The notes beneath the pieces were generated by a model. The model had not been told where the DNA came from. It saw nothing but the letters and a program-made list of their open reading frames with translations, and made no database searches. This document shows positions 12,445 through 25,699 of a DNA stretch of 64,000 nucleotides, in pieces. Origin of the DNA: Octopus bimaculoides (Eukaryota); the NCBI RefSeq assembly GCF_001194135.2, contig NC_068981.1, forward strand, positions 106,668,820 through 106,732,819, in the 5' to 3' direction. How positions within the stretch are numbered: the first letter of the stretch is position 1; the number at the start of each line of letters is the position of its first letter. The translations under genes were made by a program, and so were the position numbers.

Positions 12445-12595
12445 ATGGGCATAGCTGTGGGATTAAGAAGTTAATTTGTAACCATATGGTTTCAGGTTCA
12501 TTTCCAGTGTGTGACACTTTAAAGAAGTGTCTTCTATAGCCCCAGGCTTGTGAATGGATTTGGTAGATGGAAACAAGAAAAGGCATGTGATATGT
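12445..12595 (+). mobile_element. SINE family A head, degenerate
   Basis: Matches 44848-45010 (...GTGAATGGATTTGGTAGATGGAAAC). Confidence 0.7.
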
Positions 12596-13194
12596 AGATT
12601 TTGGATACTTTATTGGATTTATTTTCGGTTGAGTTTTTCACTTGTTTTGGTCAAATTTTCCATTTTTTGAAAAATTGTTGTTAAGACAGAAAATGGGAGG
12701 GTTTGGTCATGTTAGAACACCCTAGCATGCAACTACTAACAAATATACTAAAATGACGATAAGGTAGGTGTTTGAGCAACATTAGGGAATAGACAGGGAG
12801 GAAGATGGTGGATGACTTGAGACTGATTGATGATAGGTAAAAATGGAGAGAAGGGCTTGTGCCTTGTTCCAGTGTCTTTGTTAAATTTATTTGATTGAAT
12901 GTTTGGCTTGAAAAAAAAAAAAAGGCTTGTTCTTAGTCAAAATACAGTAATGTTTTTGAGAGTTTGTATTATTCATTCCTTTGATTTAACATTACATGTT
13001 GCACTTTTTTTTATGTTATGCAAACTAAATCTTGTTTCTTTCTGTTTAATGATTCCTTGTTAAATTTTGTGTTTCTGTGTAGGATATCAAGCCTTACAGA
13101 GACTGAGTTTAGTGGTAATCTGCTATGATGTAGATCCAACCAATCTGTCACCATGGAAAATACTGATATTAAAACAATGTGTGTGTATGTAGGT

Positions 13195-13410
13195 AGGTAG
13201 GGACATAACTGTGGGGTTAAGAAGTACACTTTGCAACCATATGGTCTCCAATTTCAGTCCCACTCTGTTGGACCAGACACAAATGTCTTTTACAATAGCC
13301 CCAGGCAAACCAAAGCCTTGTGAGTGGATTTGGTAGATGGAAACAGTAAAAGGCCTGTGATATGTATGTATGCATATATGTATGTAGTGTGTGTGTGTGT
13401 GTGTGTGCAT
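13195..13410 (+). mobile_element. SINE family A head with internal microsatellite
   Basis: CAAAGCCTTGTGAGTGGATTTGGTAGATGGAAAC followed by (TG)n. Confidence 0.75.
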
Positions 13411-13702
13411 TTGCACTCTACAAAAGTTGTGAACTATAGACAACGCTGTCAACAGATCATCTGTTTGCTTCATGCCTTTGAAGATGAGTGAAATAAGAGT
13501 TAATGACATGAAAGGTCCTCTAGCTTCAAAACAATGCCTCTGTAATATATTTATGTAACCCATGCGAGCATAGAAAAATGGATGTTATAAAACAAACATC
13601 TATGTAATGTTTTACACAAGAGAACAAAATTATAGAGACACTTCTTTATAATCATTTTCCTTTTGTGTGTGAAAAGTGTTAAGCTTTGATTTATGTATGT
13701 AT

Positions 13703-13733
<31 letters not shown>

Positions 13734-14798
13734 TGAAGCTATATATGGCACTCATTCCTACTATCTTGATGTTTTCTGCAATTCATGAGATATTAATAAT
13801 CATATATATAAGCAGAATATCTTTCTGAAAACTCTAAAAGTATTTTGCTCTATCTTTTACTTGAGGTTTGATATCATGTAATTTCTCATTAGAATTGGTT
13901 GTGTATAATTTTATTTTATTCTTAACTCTATTTTTTATGATTTTTTTTTTTTTTTGCTTTTCTGTAATTTCTATTGTCAGGAAAGAATATGTTAGCTTAT
14001 GAATTCATATAGATTTCATAAGAGATGCTATTCTTACATTATATCATCAAATCCCAAGGCATTAATTTAAGCAATTGATATCAACTAATATTAATTAGCT
14101 AGCGTATCTTAACTGCTTCAGAAGAAAATAGGGCCCAGATTTATTCAGTTATAGTATTGCACCTGTTCATTTAAGTGTCTGATGTAAACATTTCTTTGAC
14201 ATCATTTTTCATTGGTGGGTAGATGACAAGTAAAGGTAAAAATTTCATTATGATTTTAATTTTTTTATGTATGTTTTCTATAGTTATCTTTACATTGAAT
14301 CTCAACTTCATGTGTCTTCCTGTTTTGCCAAATTCCATTTCTTATTAGTGTGGAGTTTGTCAGGCTTAATTTTTTTTTTCTGTTTATATTTGTTTGTTAT
14401 TCAGTCAGTCTTCTTTATAAATTTGAATTTTATTCATTAGACAGCATTTGATAGTTTTCATTTTGAATACAAATTTTAATATATTGGATAAATGAAAGAC
14501 TTGTAGTCATTTTATATACAGGATTTTGATAACATTGTAAATTACCAATAATAATAAGCTTGACTCAAATGCTGTTTATCTTAGACTACTCCTCTTCTTG
14601 ATTAATAGCAATCTTCAGTTCCCACTCGTCATAAAAGTTAAAATTTTATAGCAGTTATTTCCATGGAAGTGTGTGTCCTTAATTTAGCAGTTTAGTCTAT
14701 TAAGATTTGTTTTCAGAGTTTGGAATTTGATCAAGTGGTAATCTGTACAAACCATAAAAACCACTAATATCATATTGGAAGAAAAAAACACTAATATA

Positions 14799-14841
<43 letters not shown>

Positions 14842-14843
<2 letters not shown>

Positions 14844-14884
14844 CATCGTTTAACATCCGCTTTCCATGCTAGCATGGGTTGGAC
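14842..14884 (-). mobile_element. 43-nt RTE 3' tail insertion inside (TA)n
   Basis: ATCATCGTTTAACATCCGCTTTCCATGCTAGCATGGGTTGGAC is near-identical to 63821-63863 and sits between TA runs. Confidence 0.85.
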
Positions 14885-14917
<33 letters not shown>

Positions 14918-15559
14918 GTCATAGTCAGAAGTGGTAGTGATATTCAAAAAGATATTTTATTTACATTTGTTATTTCAGTAGATAAACTTTCAATATTTTC
15001 CATTACTGCTTATCTTTCAATTAATTTGAATCCACTTTGCTATATATTCTTTCAGCTGACAATGATATGTTTATAGTAATATATTTTAATTCTTCTTTAA
15101 TAGTAGTGATAAATACTACTCTTTTGTGAAAATGTTGATCAAAATGATAGTTTGTAGTAATTTAAGATTCATTCTAAATGCTAATTTATCAGTTTTTATT
15201 ATGAGAATAAATCTGTAAACTGTTATTGCAAATGAAAATTGTTTAGTCACATGGTGTTAGTGATAGTATGATTTTCAGTTGAACTTTCTCAAGATTCTAT
15301 ATTCTCATTCGAAATACAAATATTTATTACACAGCTTATAATAAGTGTATTAAAAGTAGTTAACAATATAACTGTGAAAATAGCAGGAGAATATAATCTG
15401 AAATTGAATAGGTTTGCGACATTTGTAAATATTAATGTGATTATGAGGAAGAGAATTTGGATAAACTAAGAAGCTTGGTGAGAATCAAAGATAGAAAATA
15501 ATTTCAGAAAAAAATATGAAGATAGCGTAGAAATGATAGCAGACAAGATTATGGAAACT

Positions 15560-15760
15560 GCATATTTAAATATCATTTAAATTGGCCTGCCTTATCATGC
15601 AGAATGAGATTAAACAGAAATTCAATGATGTGTAAAATGGTTACACAAATGCTGCTTTGTGATCTCTGGTAGACTGATAGGGAATCAAAACTTTAGGTGC
15701 ACCAAATGCACTGGAGTAGTGAATGTTATGAACAGACACACTGCTATGTAATTATGGCTT
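15560..15760 (+). pseudogene. RTE ORF2 remnant with Cys/His (PHD-like) motif
   Basis: From 15638 reads WLHKCCFVISGRLIGNQNFRCTKCTG, resembling the W-x-H-KxCSGIxGRL...FxCxxCxG segment I recall from mollusc RTE ORF2. Confidence 0.55.
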
Positions 15761-16214
15761 GTTGAAAGTAGAGGAAAATTCTGTTAGAGCAAGAATAGAT
15801 TTGAGATGGAGGGAAATAATTCAGAGAATTGTTGTTCTTGTTTCCCTTGTAGAACTTATGACCGTTATGCCTGTATAATCAATGTGTCTTCTGTTAAGGG
15901 AAGTTTAACTGCTATTTCTAGCATTTCAAAGCTCCCCCAGAGAACTGATGTTTTTGTTGGCAATAAGGAATTCAACTTTCTCTCTCTCTCTCGTTGTGTG
16001 GGGGCAGACATATGTGGTACATGTAAAAATTGTGAGACCTCAAGGCTGTAAAAAGAATTGGGGGCAATTATATATAGAGTAATGAAGGTATTTTAGATGG
16101 GTAAAAAGTTAAGCACAACTACATTAATGAGCATTTAGAAATTGACTGATGTATAAAATAAAGATAATTACACTTATTGATATATATGTATGAGTGGATG
16201 CATATTGTTATATT

Positions 16215-16345
16215 CAACTCACAAGGCTGTGGCCGGCCTATGGCAAAAGACCTGAGCAAGTATTTTCTGCTATAGTCTCTTGCTAACCAAAGCCTTGCAT
16301 GTGAATTTAGTAGATGGAAACTGAAAGAAGCCCATCATGTGTGTG
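16215..16345 (+). mobile_element. SINE family A fragment
   Basis: AAAGCCTTGCATGTGAATTTAGTAGATGGAAACTGAAAGAAGCCC. Confidence 0.65.
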
Positions 16346-16374
16346 CACACACTCGTGTGTATATCTTTTATATT

Positions 16375-16690
16375 TTATTTGTTTCAGTCATTTGATTGTG
16401 GCCATGCTGGGGCATCGTCTTGAAGGGTTTTAATTGAATAAATCAACCCCAGTACTTATTTCAATTTTTAAACCTGAAACATATTCTATCAGTTCTCTTG
16501 CTGATCTGCTAAGTTATGGGGACATAAGCAAACCAACACCAGTTGTCAAGTGGATGTGGGGACAAACACAAAGATACACAAAAATATATAACAGGTTTTA
16601 TTTAGTTTCCATCTAACAAATCTTCTCACAAAGATTTAGCCAACCCAGAACCATGTAGTTGAGAGGTAAAGTTCTTACTACACCACCACA
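16375..16690 (-). mobile_element. SINE family A, degenerate
   Basis: TTTCAGTCATTTGATTGTGGCCATGCTGG... is the reverse complement of the 3' half of 44848-45260. Confidence 0.7.
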
Positions 16691-17269
16691 TTTATTTGTT
16701 GGCATTATATCTATAATAATAAAAGCAACATACTGTCTGTCCATCTGGGACCCCTGTATATCAGTCTACGTTTGCTCTACATAGACATATTATACCTTTT
16801 TGGAATTAGGATGATCCCAGGATTGAAAATCTGCTCTTCATTTGGTTCTTGAACATCCAGCATTGGGATCTGATTTAAAAGCATTTGGGTTGCTATTTCT
16901 AGCAGGTAAAGCTTGGCTGATTCATGTCATCTTGGTTGGCATTTGTCAGATAACGCCAGAAATCTAGTGGGAGATAAATGGCATTTGCTTCATTACATTG
17001 AGATAAGAACTTTGGGACAAATTGGCCAACAGCTGGAATTCAACTTGGGACTGGAACAATAAAATGATTCCATTACTGAATTAATTCTTATCTGTCTTTA
17101 ACCTCTCATCAAACACCACTGGGGCATATAGTCATTATAGATGTATTATTGTCATGTTATTTAGCTCTCTTTAGTTTTGGGCTGCAGGCCCAATTAGCCT
17201 TCCACAGGAGCTAGCTTAGAAGTCTGCACAGAGTGCTGCTTTTAAGCTAGTATGTGTGTGTGTGTGTTT

Positions 17270-17722
17270 GGGTGCATGTGTGTGTTTGGGTGCATGTGTG
17301 TGTTTGTGTCTCCTTGTCTTGACATCGTGATAATTTAAAATAATCGTTTTCGTGCGGGTGACACGTAAAAGCACCCACTACACTCTCTGAGTGGTTGGCG
17401 TTAGGAAGGGCATCCAGCTGTAGAAACTCTGCCAAATCAGACTGGAGCCTGGTGTTGCCATCCGGTTTCACCAGTCCTCAGTCAAATCGTCCAACCCATG
17501 CTAGCATGGAAAGCGGACGTTAAACGATGATGATGATGATGATGATCATCATCATACAAGCAGTATTTTTTTAAAATCTTCTGTGAAAGTGCATTCAACC
17601 CCAGGGAAGTAATACCTTGCTTGGAGATAAGTATGGGCATCTGGACATAGAAAATCTGCCTCAAGTTCTGTCAGACCCATGCAAGCATGGAAAAGTGGAT
17701 GTTAAAAATTGATGATGATGTG
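17270..17722 (+). mobile_element. family G SINE split by a young RTE tail insertion
   Basis: G body TGTCTCCTTGTCTTGACATCG stops at about 17344 and resumes at 17547 (CATACAAGCAG...GCAAGCATGGAAAAGTGG). Confidence 0.65.
17345..17546 (+). mobile_element. young RTE 3' tail (family C)
   Basis: Differs from the reverse complement of 63826-64000 by 1 substitution and one 7-nt indel. Ends in (GAT)n. Confidence 0.9.
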
Positions 17723-19701
17723 TGTGGAAGGATGCACATTTGTGTGTTTTTGCACCTAAGAAGAAATAGATCAAATTCAAAAGCATTAGATGACATGAGG
17801 TGAAAGATGCTGTGTTGCATGTCTTTTTTAACTCATGCCACCATGATGGATATTTTATGAAAAATTGTCAGCTAGTTTTAAGGTGACAGTCTTAACTGAT
17901 AGTATAAATTTCAATAAAAATTTCTTTGACTTATGTCTCATAAAGTAGAATACATTAAGATATGAATACCCATTTCATTGGTTCTTCTGTACATCTTCTG
18001 ATTTGCACATTGCAGCAGTTTCTTGTGTAGAAACATTTTATATGTGCCATTAGTGCATTGTTATCTGTTTCAGATGCCAACAGCTTTTGAGCTGATCATC
18101 TTATTGTTGCTTCCTAAATTGTAAATTTATGAAAAAACAGTGAAGTTTTCCATGACAGTTTCTTAGTATATTTATTCAGATTTGTGTATTGTTTTCCAAA
18201 ATTTTTCATGTCCTATAAGTTATCCTTGTTCTGCAGTGCTTATTTGGCTGATGTAGTTCAACCTGTCATTAGTGTGGATTTATACATTGACATAGTTTAT
18301 TTAAATGCAGATTTATTATATGCTTGCAAACTTTGTTGCATTTTTGTACAGCAATATTCTTTTGTAAATTAATTTTGTCTCTCTCTTCTTTCTTTTTTTG
18401 GTAGATTGATAATTATTGGGTTGAAATGATTTAATATGCTACATGTGTTTTCTGTAATACTATTTGTTGGTGATTAAAAAAAAAAACATTAAGGGTAATA
18501 ATTATGTGAAAGCTTATGAAGTTCTTTTAATTTTTAAATTTGTTTTCCTTGTAGATCATTTAGTGGTTAATGTTTGAAGATTTCAAACCTTAGACTTTTT
18601 GCATAAGTGTAGTCAATTAAACCTGCCAAACTAATGATATATTAATGTTCCTTTAATGAAATTGGCTTAGATAATATATAAATATCTATCAGTATGTTTC
18701 ATAGGATGGCCAGAATTTATCTCAACTTGTGAACTTTCCTAGAAAACTCTCTAAGTCAGAATCTAAGAGACTGAATATTATTTCATCTGGAACAATTTAG
18801 CTCTTCTTTTCTCTAAAATTAATAGTTGCCTAATTGATTAAAGGTGAGATGTAATATTGTTATTTTGTGGCATCATTGAAATTGCATCATTTCAAAGCAT
18901 GTTCTGGATAGGGACTCTGCAATATTGTCACTTTCTTTGCTTCTTGTTAACACTGGAAATAATGCCCTATGCCACTAGGAGCCTAACTAGTTAAAGTAGA
19001 AGGAAAGTTATTTTTACTTGGCCTTTTATCAGAATATTGATTTACGTTGATACAAAGTATGACTCTTGTGTAGTGTTTTCAAGAATTTTAGTGCTATAAA
19101 TGCTGTGAAATGTCTTCAGCAGAGAATTGAAACCAGATTGTTATACTGATTTCTCAGGATTTTACTTTATGCACTCATCACAAACTCTGATGTCATAATA
19201 AAACTATTTGATTGTTGCTACACTTAAGAATTTTCCTTTACAGCCTAAGTCATTGATTATTCTCAGATGCTATGCATCCAGTAAGATTCCCACAGAAAGA
19301 ACTATTTGTCATATTGCTATGATTTTTGTTCTTATTATTGGAACTCACCATTTATTTGTATTGTTGTCATTTGTCTATGTTTTACAAAAGACTAAATCAT
19401 TTTATCTTCATGGAACATTTGGGTTTTTAGTTCATCTTTTCTCATTCTACATTTAATAAAGGGATAGAAAAATAACATTACTACTGATTTTTCCGTATCG
19501 ATGAAAGGTTGAGAAGAGAAAAAAAGAAAAACTTTCAAATAATTTCAATACTGTTAGTCTGACCATAATGGCATCCCATGTAGAATAGCATTTGTTATAG
19601 CATTATTGATCCATTATAGTAAAGCAATGTTATTGCTTTTGCTTTTAACTATACTTTGAATATTTCTGGCAAATCCAAGAAGTGTGTGTATTTATATATA
19701 T

Positions 19702-19777
19702 NNNNNNNNNNNNNNNNNNNNNNNNNNNNNNNNNNNNNNNNNNNNNNNNNNNNNNNNNNNNNNNNNNNNNNNNNNNN
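19702..19777. other. assembly gap within TA/CA microsatellite
   Basis: N run. Confidence 1.
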
Positions 19778-19849
<72 letters not shown>

Positions 19850-20399
19850 CATACACATATTTGAAGTTAGTTGGTAATGAAAGATATTTGATTATTACTT
19901 TCCTTTGGCATATGATATCTTAACAGTCTTAACCTAAGCTCTATATCATTTAGGATTACAGTTTGTTGGCCAAAACTCCTCAAGTACTTAGTGAGTAAAA
20001 ACCTTTCAAGAAGGCCAATGTTTGAGATTTATGTAATAGCCTTTTCCAGATTTATTATGGATCTTTTACCCTCTCTTTGATTTTATTGGTTCAACTTATC
20101 ACATTTTACAAAAGCCATCCATATACACTTTCAAATGCACACAATGCAAACTGTATACATTCACAAAACACATGCATACACAGTCTTTTCAATCTTTTAT
20201 AAAGATGACAGAGTAGACATTCTTATATTATGATTTCTGACATTAAAGCTTACCATAGTTTATATTTATGAAAAATTGATGACAAAATTGCCTAACAAAT
20301 TTCACAGTTGTTTGAAATAGCTGTGTTGTTAGAGTACTGGTATATTGGCTACAGATAAACATTTTCTATTTTAACAACCCTCTATTTTTATTTCTCTAG

Positions 20400-20485
20400 A
20401 ACAATTCATCATTAATGATAGTAACAGTGCTTTTGATATTAGAAAGCTTTTGCAATATTAATAAAGTAAATACCAAACTATAAAG
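20400..20485 (+). other. candidate stop-containing exon (86 nt)
   Basis: Acceptor TTTTTATTTCTCTAG, donor AAG/GTAAGG. Stops in all frames (phase 1: EQFIINDSNSAFDIRKLLQY*). Confidence 0.25.
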
Positions 20486-22157
20486 GTAAGGTTCAACCCA
20501 GCAAGCCTTGATCAAGTCTTTGATCAAGTTTCAATTACCAGCCATTTCACTTAACATAAATATTTAATATTAAAGAAGAAAGTATGAATAAAACACATGA
20601 TATTTCCTCTCTTATTCTGTGTATCGTTATCATGAAAAATATGAGAGCTGTCCATTTCAGTTTATATGTTAGTGATGATGTGATTAATGTATTTGTCAAG
20701 TTAAGATGTTACGAATTCTTCATAGTCTTAAATCAACTTCTCATTACAGTAGTTATGCTTATTCACATTCTCCTTCACATTATTAGTGAATCTATACTTC
20801 TGTCATAGCATTTTGTTTGTTTAATGTTTTAATTTTGCTGTCATTTATAGTTGTATATGTAATGCTCTTGAGAATAGCATAAAAATGATATTGCATCACA
20901 TCACTGTTTTCTTGTTACCTATAAATATTTGGATTACTGCCTATCAAATTTGTAACATCATAAAAAGTTTGTGATCACGGAAGTGTTTATGTAGATAGCT
21001 TGAAACCATACACGTTTCCTTACTTACTCAATGTGTATTTGTGTGTGTGAAAATAGTTCATTCAAAACCAAGTAGAAATTATTTGTTCATTTGTTTGAAG
21101 CTAAAAATTCACTCTGTCATAGCATTATTTTCTATGATAGGCTTGATTAACATCATGTCAGACACTCTTACTAGTGACAAAGTGAAACTTTTAGTCTTGA
21201 GCAAATGGATTATGCACAATACACTCAGCAGCAGTAACAGTGATAGTAATATCTTGCTGCATCTTCATTATAGATAAAAATGACAAGCTTCAAAATTTGT
21301 AAGTCTTCAATTTCTGATTGCTGAATTAATTAAAAAAAAAAAACAACCCTCTACTATTATGACTATAATTAAAATAGAGATTTGAGAAAATATTCAGACA
21401 TGTATCTCTTAGTCCATCCCAGTTTGCATGATAATTAAAATGAAATTCAGGATTCACAGCCTTATTTTTCTCTTTCTTTTCTATTTTAATTTTTTTTTTA
21501 CTCCCCACTTCTTTTAAAATATCTTTTAACATCACATGCTTCCAGATTGTTTTTTCTCATAGTATTTTTCTCCAGTTTATTTATGTACTTATTTTTCATT
21601 GCATGTCTATTTTTAATATGTGGTAACTTCCATTTTCTGTTTTGTCAAACAAATTTTAAGTGTTTTTTCATAAAAATAAAATTTGACTAAATTAATTCTC
21701 AAATTCCTTATGTTCCAGATGATTTTACTTCCTACTTGTATCATTTTGGGTTGATAAAATATGCCTATTAAATAACAGAAGTTATTGATACAATTGACTG
21801 AACTCCTCTAGTATAAATTTTTGGATTTCAGCAATGTCAGAAACAATTATTATGGTACTGGATTTACATTCTTTATTCAAATCCTGGCCTAGTCAGCTTT
21901 GCTTTACCAGTCTTATGGATCTAAAAAAATTTTTTTAAATCCAAGTCCAGTATATTGAAATTTGATTTGACTATCTTTCATCCATAAATTTGTGACTTTG
22001 TACCAGTTTTTATCAGAGCAATGAATGACAGACTAGCATGCTGGACAAAAACCCATTCTGTATTTAGTTGTATCTCTTGTGTTCTTAGTTCAGACTTCAC
22101 TGTTTATCTTAGCAGCGTCAATAAAATATTAGTGAAATACTAATTATTCTTTTGCAG

Positions 22158-22219
22158 AAGAGGCATGTTGCTAAGAACATGTAGATTGAATGTTACTCAC
22201 TAGTTGAAAGAAGTGTCAG
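22158..22219 (+). other. candidate stop-containing exon (62 nt)
   Basis: Acceptor TTCTTTTGCAG, donor CAG/GTATTC. Stops in all frames. Confidence 0.18.
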
Positions 22220-23437
22220 GTATTCTGCTACATGGTGGTAGCTCAAGAAGAGTTTGAATATAGCTTGAATGCTCTTAGATATAATAGCAATGAGATGCTA
22301 CATTAATTTTTGTTAGGATCTGTATACCCAAACCACAGTAGTTTCTCAGATCCCTGAGAGACTATTCTGGTTTGAGCACAACTATTGCAAAACTTGTAAA
22401 TAGAATGAGTTTTTTGCAGAGTAGTTTACAAATGTTTTTACATTTAATTCAAAGAAGGGAAAGTCAAACAGTGTTTAGCTGTCTGAAGTTCTAGAACCAA
22501 TGCTATCAACTCTGAAATGTAGGAGTGTTCCACATATTGTCAACTTCAGGAAGAAGTATTAATATTTAAAAGATTACAAAAAAAAAAAAAAAAAATGCAA
22601 ATAATAAATGCCTGTGCCAGTATTAAACCATACAAAAACATTGACAATTTTTTTTGTTTATCTAAAATTTTTCAATATTTAATCTTCAAAGTGTATTTGG
22701 TTTGAAGCACTCTTTAAATATGTTTGTTTACTGTTTAATTATTGCTCAATCATTAGCTATTTCCTTTTGCTTTTTTGTTTTCATTTTCTTTCTTTTTTTT
22801 TTTTTGCAAACTATCTTTGAGTGTAATTAACTGTTCAAATGATCTTCAAAATAAGTGCATCTACTAAAGAAGAGTGCATGTTTAATGTTTTGCATAAATA
22901 AGATTTTAAATGTAAAATAATATTTGAATATTAGACCAATACTCTTTAGTAAGTTGATCTTTCAGGTAAAAATAGATTCAGTCAAGATGTTTGTTTTGTA
23001 TTAAAAATATAAATACTACACTTCTCAATCTGCTTCAAATTTTATTAATGATTGGAATTTTTATAGTGATTATAATCAATAATCCAGTAAGGTGTGGGTT
23101 GGTTTACTCAGGACACCTGTATGAAGACTAAGTTGTTAGCTGTGTCGTAATGGTATATTAAGTATTATGGAATGTTTTTGTTTTCTCTTGATATCAGTTT
23201 GGGTTTGATGTATCACTAAAATTTTGCAAGCTTGAGAGAGACTTAAAGGTATTATTTCTAATTAGGGAACCTTTTGGCTTAGTTGTGAAAACGAACAATA
23301 TGAATTAAGCAAACGTTGTTAAAAGCTGCTACTTGTTTTAGTAATAATTCAGAAATATATGAGGACAAATGCTAATATTAAGGATGCTTAGATAAGGTTG
23401 TACAAAATCTAGTTTGAGGGAAGAAAAACAAAGAGTA

Positions 23438-23805
23438 ACAACCCTTTAGCATTGTGATTCTCAACTAGGATCCATATCAGATTTTGTTGGTAAAATTTAT
23501 TTAATAAATTGGTTATACTTCTACAATACATACAATTTTTTAACAATCTTTTTATACAATTCTATATATTATAAGATTTTTTTAAACATTGAATGACTAG
23601 GAAGGTCTAGTAGTGTAAAATAGGAACCAAAGTGGTCCACAGGTAAAAAATGGTTGAGAAACACTGCTTTAACATTTAAACCAGCCATGTCCAGCCTAAT
23701 TAGTCTACCTGCTTTATGTTCAAACCAGCCAGATTTAGTTTCTCATACCTACTCTACAATGTCATTCGAAAAATAAACACTCACATCAACAAAATCTTAA
23801 ACCTG
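23438..23805 (-). mobile_element. family D MITE (partial) interrupted by a hAT MITE
   Basis: AACCCTTTAGCA | insertion | CTTTAACATTTAAACCAGCC is the reverse complement of the D 3' end. Confidence 0.6.
23452..23666. mobile_element. hAT (Charlie-like) MITE with 8-bp TSD
   Basis: Right TIR GGTTGAGAAACACTG, degenerate left TIR TTGTGATTCTCAAC. TSD CTTTAGCA (23444-23451) / CTTTAACA (23667-23674). Confidence 0.7.
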
Positions 23806-24714
23806 TAGTGCATGAGAGAGTTTGTGAGTTAAATACTAATCCAAAAGTGAGTATAGATGTAGAACTGTAACACATGTGAGGATCACCGAATAAACTGACT
23901 AAAGCATAGTATAGATAGACACACAAAAGATCAATTTAATGGTCTGATAAATTTATACTCCCTGGTGATAATTTAGTTCAGAAATACAAACATATGTGAG
24001 CTATTTTTATGTCTTAGATGCTGGTTTTTTATAAGTTAATTGTAATTTTTCATTTTTCTATGTTAAAAATTATTGATTCGTTAGAGACTGGATATTTTCT
24101 TGTGAATGATTTTCTAAGATGTTTCTGAGAATTTCTCTCAGCTGAAGCATTATTAAAATTCAGTTGTTCTTGTTTCTAGTAATATAAACATTATATCAAT
24201 GGGATTTTCAACACTTCAATCTGTAAATATTTTGCTTAAACTAATGAATACATTTTGGAATTACTTTCTTTTTTTATAAGTTTCACAAATTTAAGTTATT
24301 GAGGTATGAAATTTATTCTTTGTGCTTTCTGCTTGGTTAATCTAAGGATTGAAAATTATGTTTTGTAAAACATACTTCATTTTTTTTTTCAAATTTTATC
24401 GATGTAAGCATTCTAATATTTGAACACAAAACTTAGAAACATTTAAATAAAATTTTGATATTATATTATCTAAATAAACATCATAAATTCACACATGTGC
24501 ACCCACAAACATATTCCTACATACAACTGTATATAAACACTTAAGAATTTGCAAAGACATTCAATACAATCAGAATATTAGAAGTAATTTTTGCAAATTA
24601 AAATTTATCTAAAAAAAAAAAAAAAAGAAACTTCAAAAATGTTAACACAGATCTGATGGAAGATGTGAAGATAATTTTTGTATGCAAGCACTTTTGCTGT
24701 CTTCAACTTTTCAG

Positions 24715-24761
24715 AAGCTTCTCTGCAGGAAGATGAAAGAGTTCCAAAGCATTTACTTTAA
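24715..24761 (+). other. candidate 47-nt exon (phase 1: EASLQEDERVPKHLL*; phase 0 open: KLLCRKMKEFQSIYF)
   Basis: Acceptor CTTCAACTTTTCAG, purine-rich GAAGATGAAAGA core, donor GTATGT. Confidence 0.3.
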
Positions 24762-24934
24762 GTATGTTTTGGGGAAAGACCTCCTTTGAAACTGAAGTTA
24801 AGATGCAACTGCCTTAAGTCAGTGTATAAATTCATGATCCTAGATAACCAATCATAAACTATTTTACTTTTATGTATTGACTTATATTTCTCCTGCTTGT
24901 TCCACACTCCATATATTTAGTGTGTGTGTGTATG

Positions 24935-24977
<43 letters not shown>

Positions 24978-25159
24978 CATTCAAAAGTGTGTTGTGTATG
25001 TGTGTATGCACACACACACACACACACACACGTGCTAAAATATACATTTAAAATGATAAAGTTCATGTAATAAACGTATGTTTTCACGGAACTGTATTTC
25101 TGGATGTTTATATATGCATTAAACACTTCTAAACTGACTTTCAGTTCTGTAAGTATCAT

Positions 25160-25595
25160 CATCATTATTATTTAGCTTCCACTTTTCCATGAGTGCATGG
25201 GTCAGATGGAATTTGTCAAGGCAGATTTTTCTATGGACAGATGCCCTCCCTGTCACCAATCCTCACCTGTTTCCGAGCAAGGCAGTATTTCCTCATGGCC
25301 AGACATGTTTTTCATGGAGGACTGGTAACAAAGAATTTGCTTGTATGACTATGATGCTCATTTACAACCATCATGTGATGTCTAGACGGGTGTACGTATG
25401 CACACACACATATACAACACACATGCACAATGGTCTTCTTTCAGTTTCCATCTACCAATTCCACTCACAAGGCTTTGGTCTGTCTGAGGTTATAGTAGAA
25501 GATATTTGCTCAATGTGTCACACAGTAGGATTGAACCCAAGATGATGATTGGGAAGCAAGCATCTTAACTACATAGCCACACCTGCACCTACCTA
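25160..25595 (-). mobile_element. family G SINE (family-A head + RTE 3' tail)
   Basis: Left end CATCATCATTATT...TTTCCATGAGTGCATGGG is the RTE tail; right end is the A-family head; microsatellite between. Confidence 0.8.
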
Positions 25596-25699
25596 AAATA
25601 TATTTCTAAAATGGAAAACCTTCTATACAGTTTATTATAGAAAAATGTACATATAATTTACGTATTATTTTGAAGACAAATGAACTGGGAAGATGCTGA

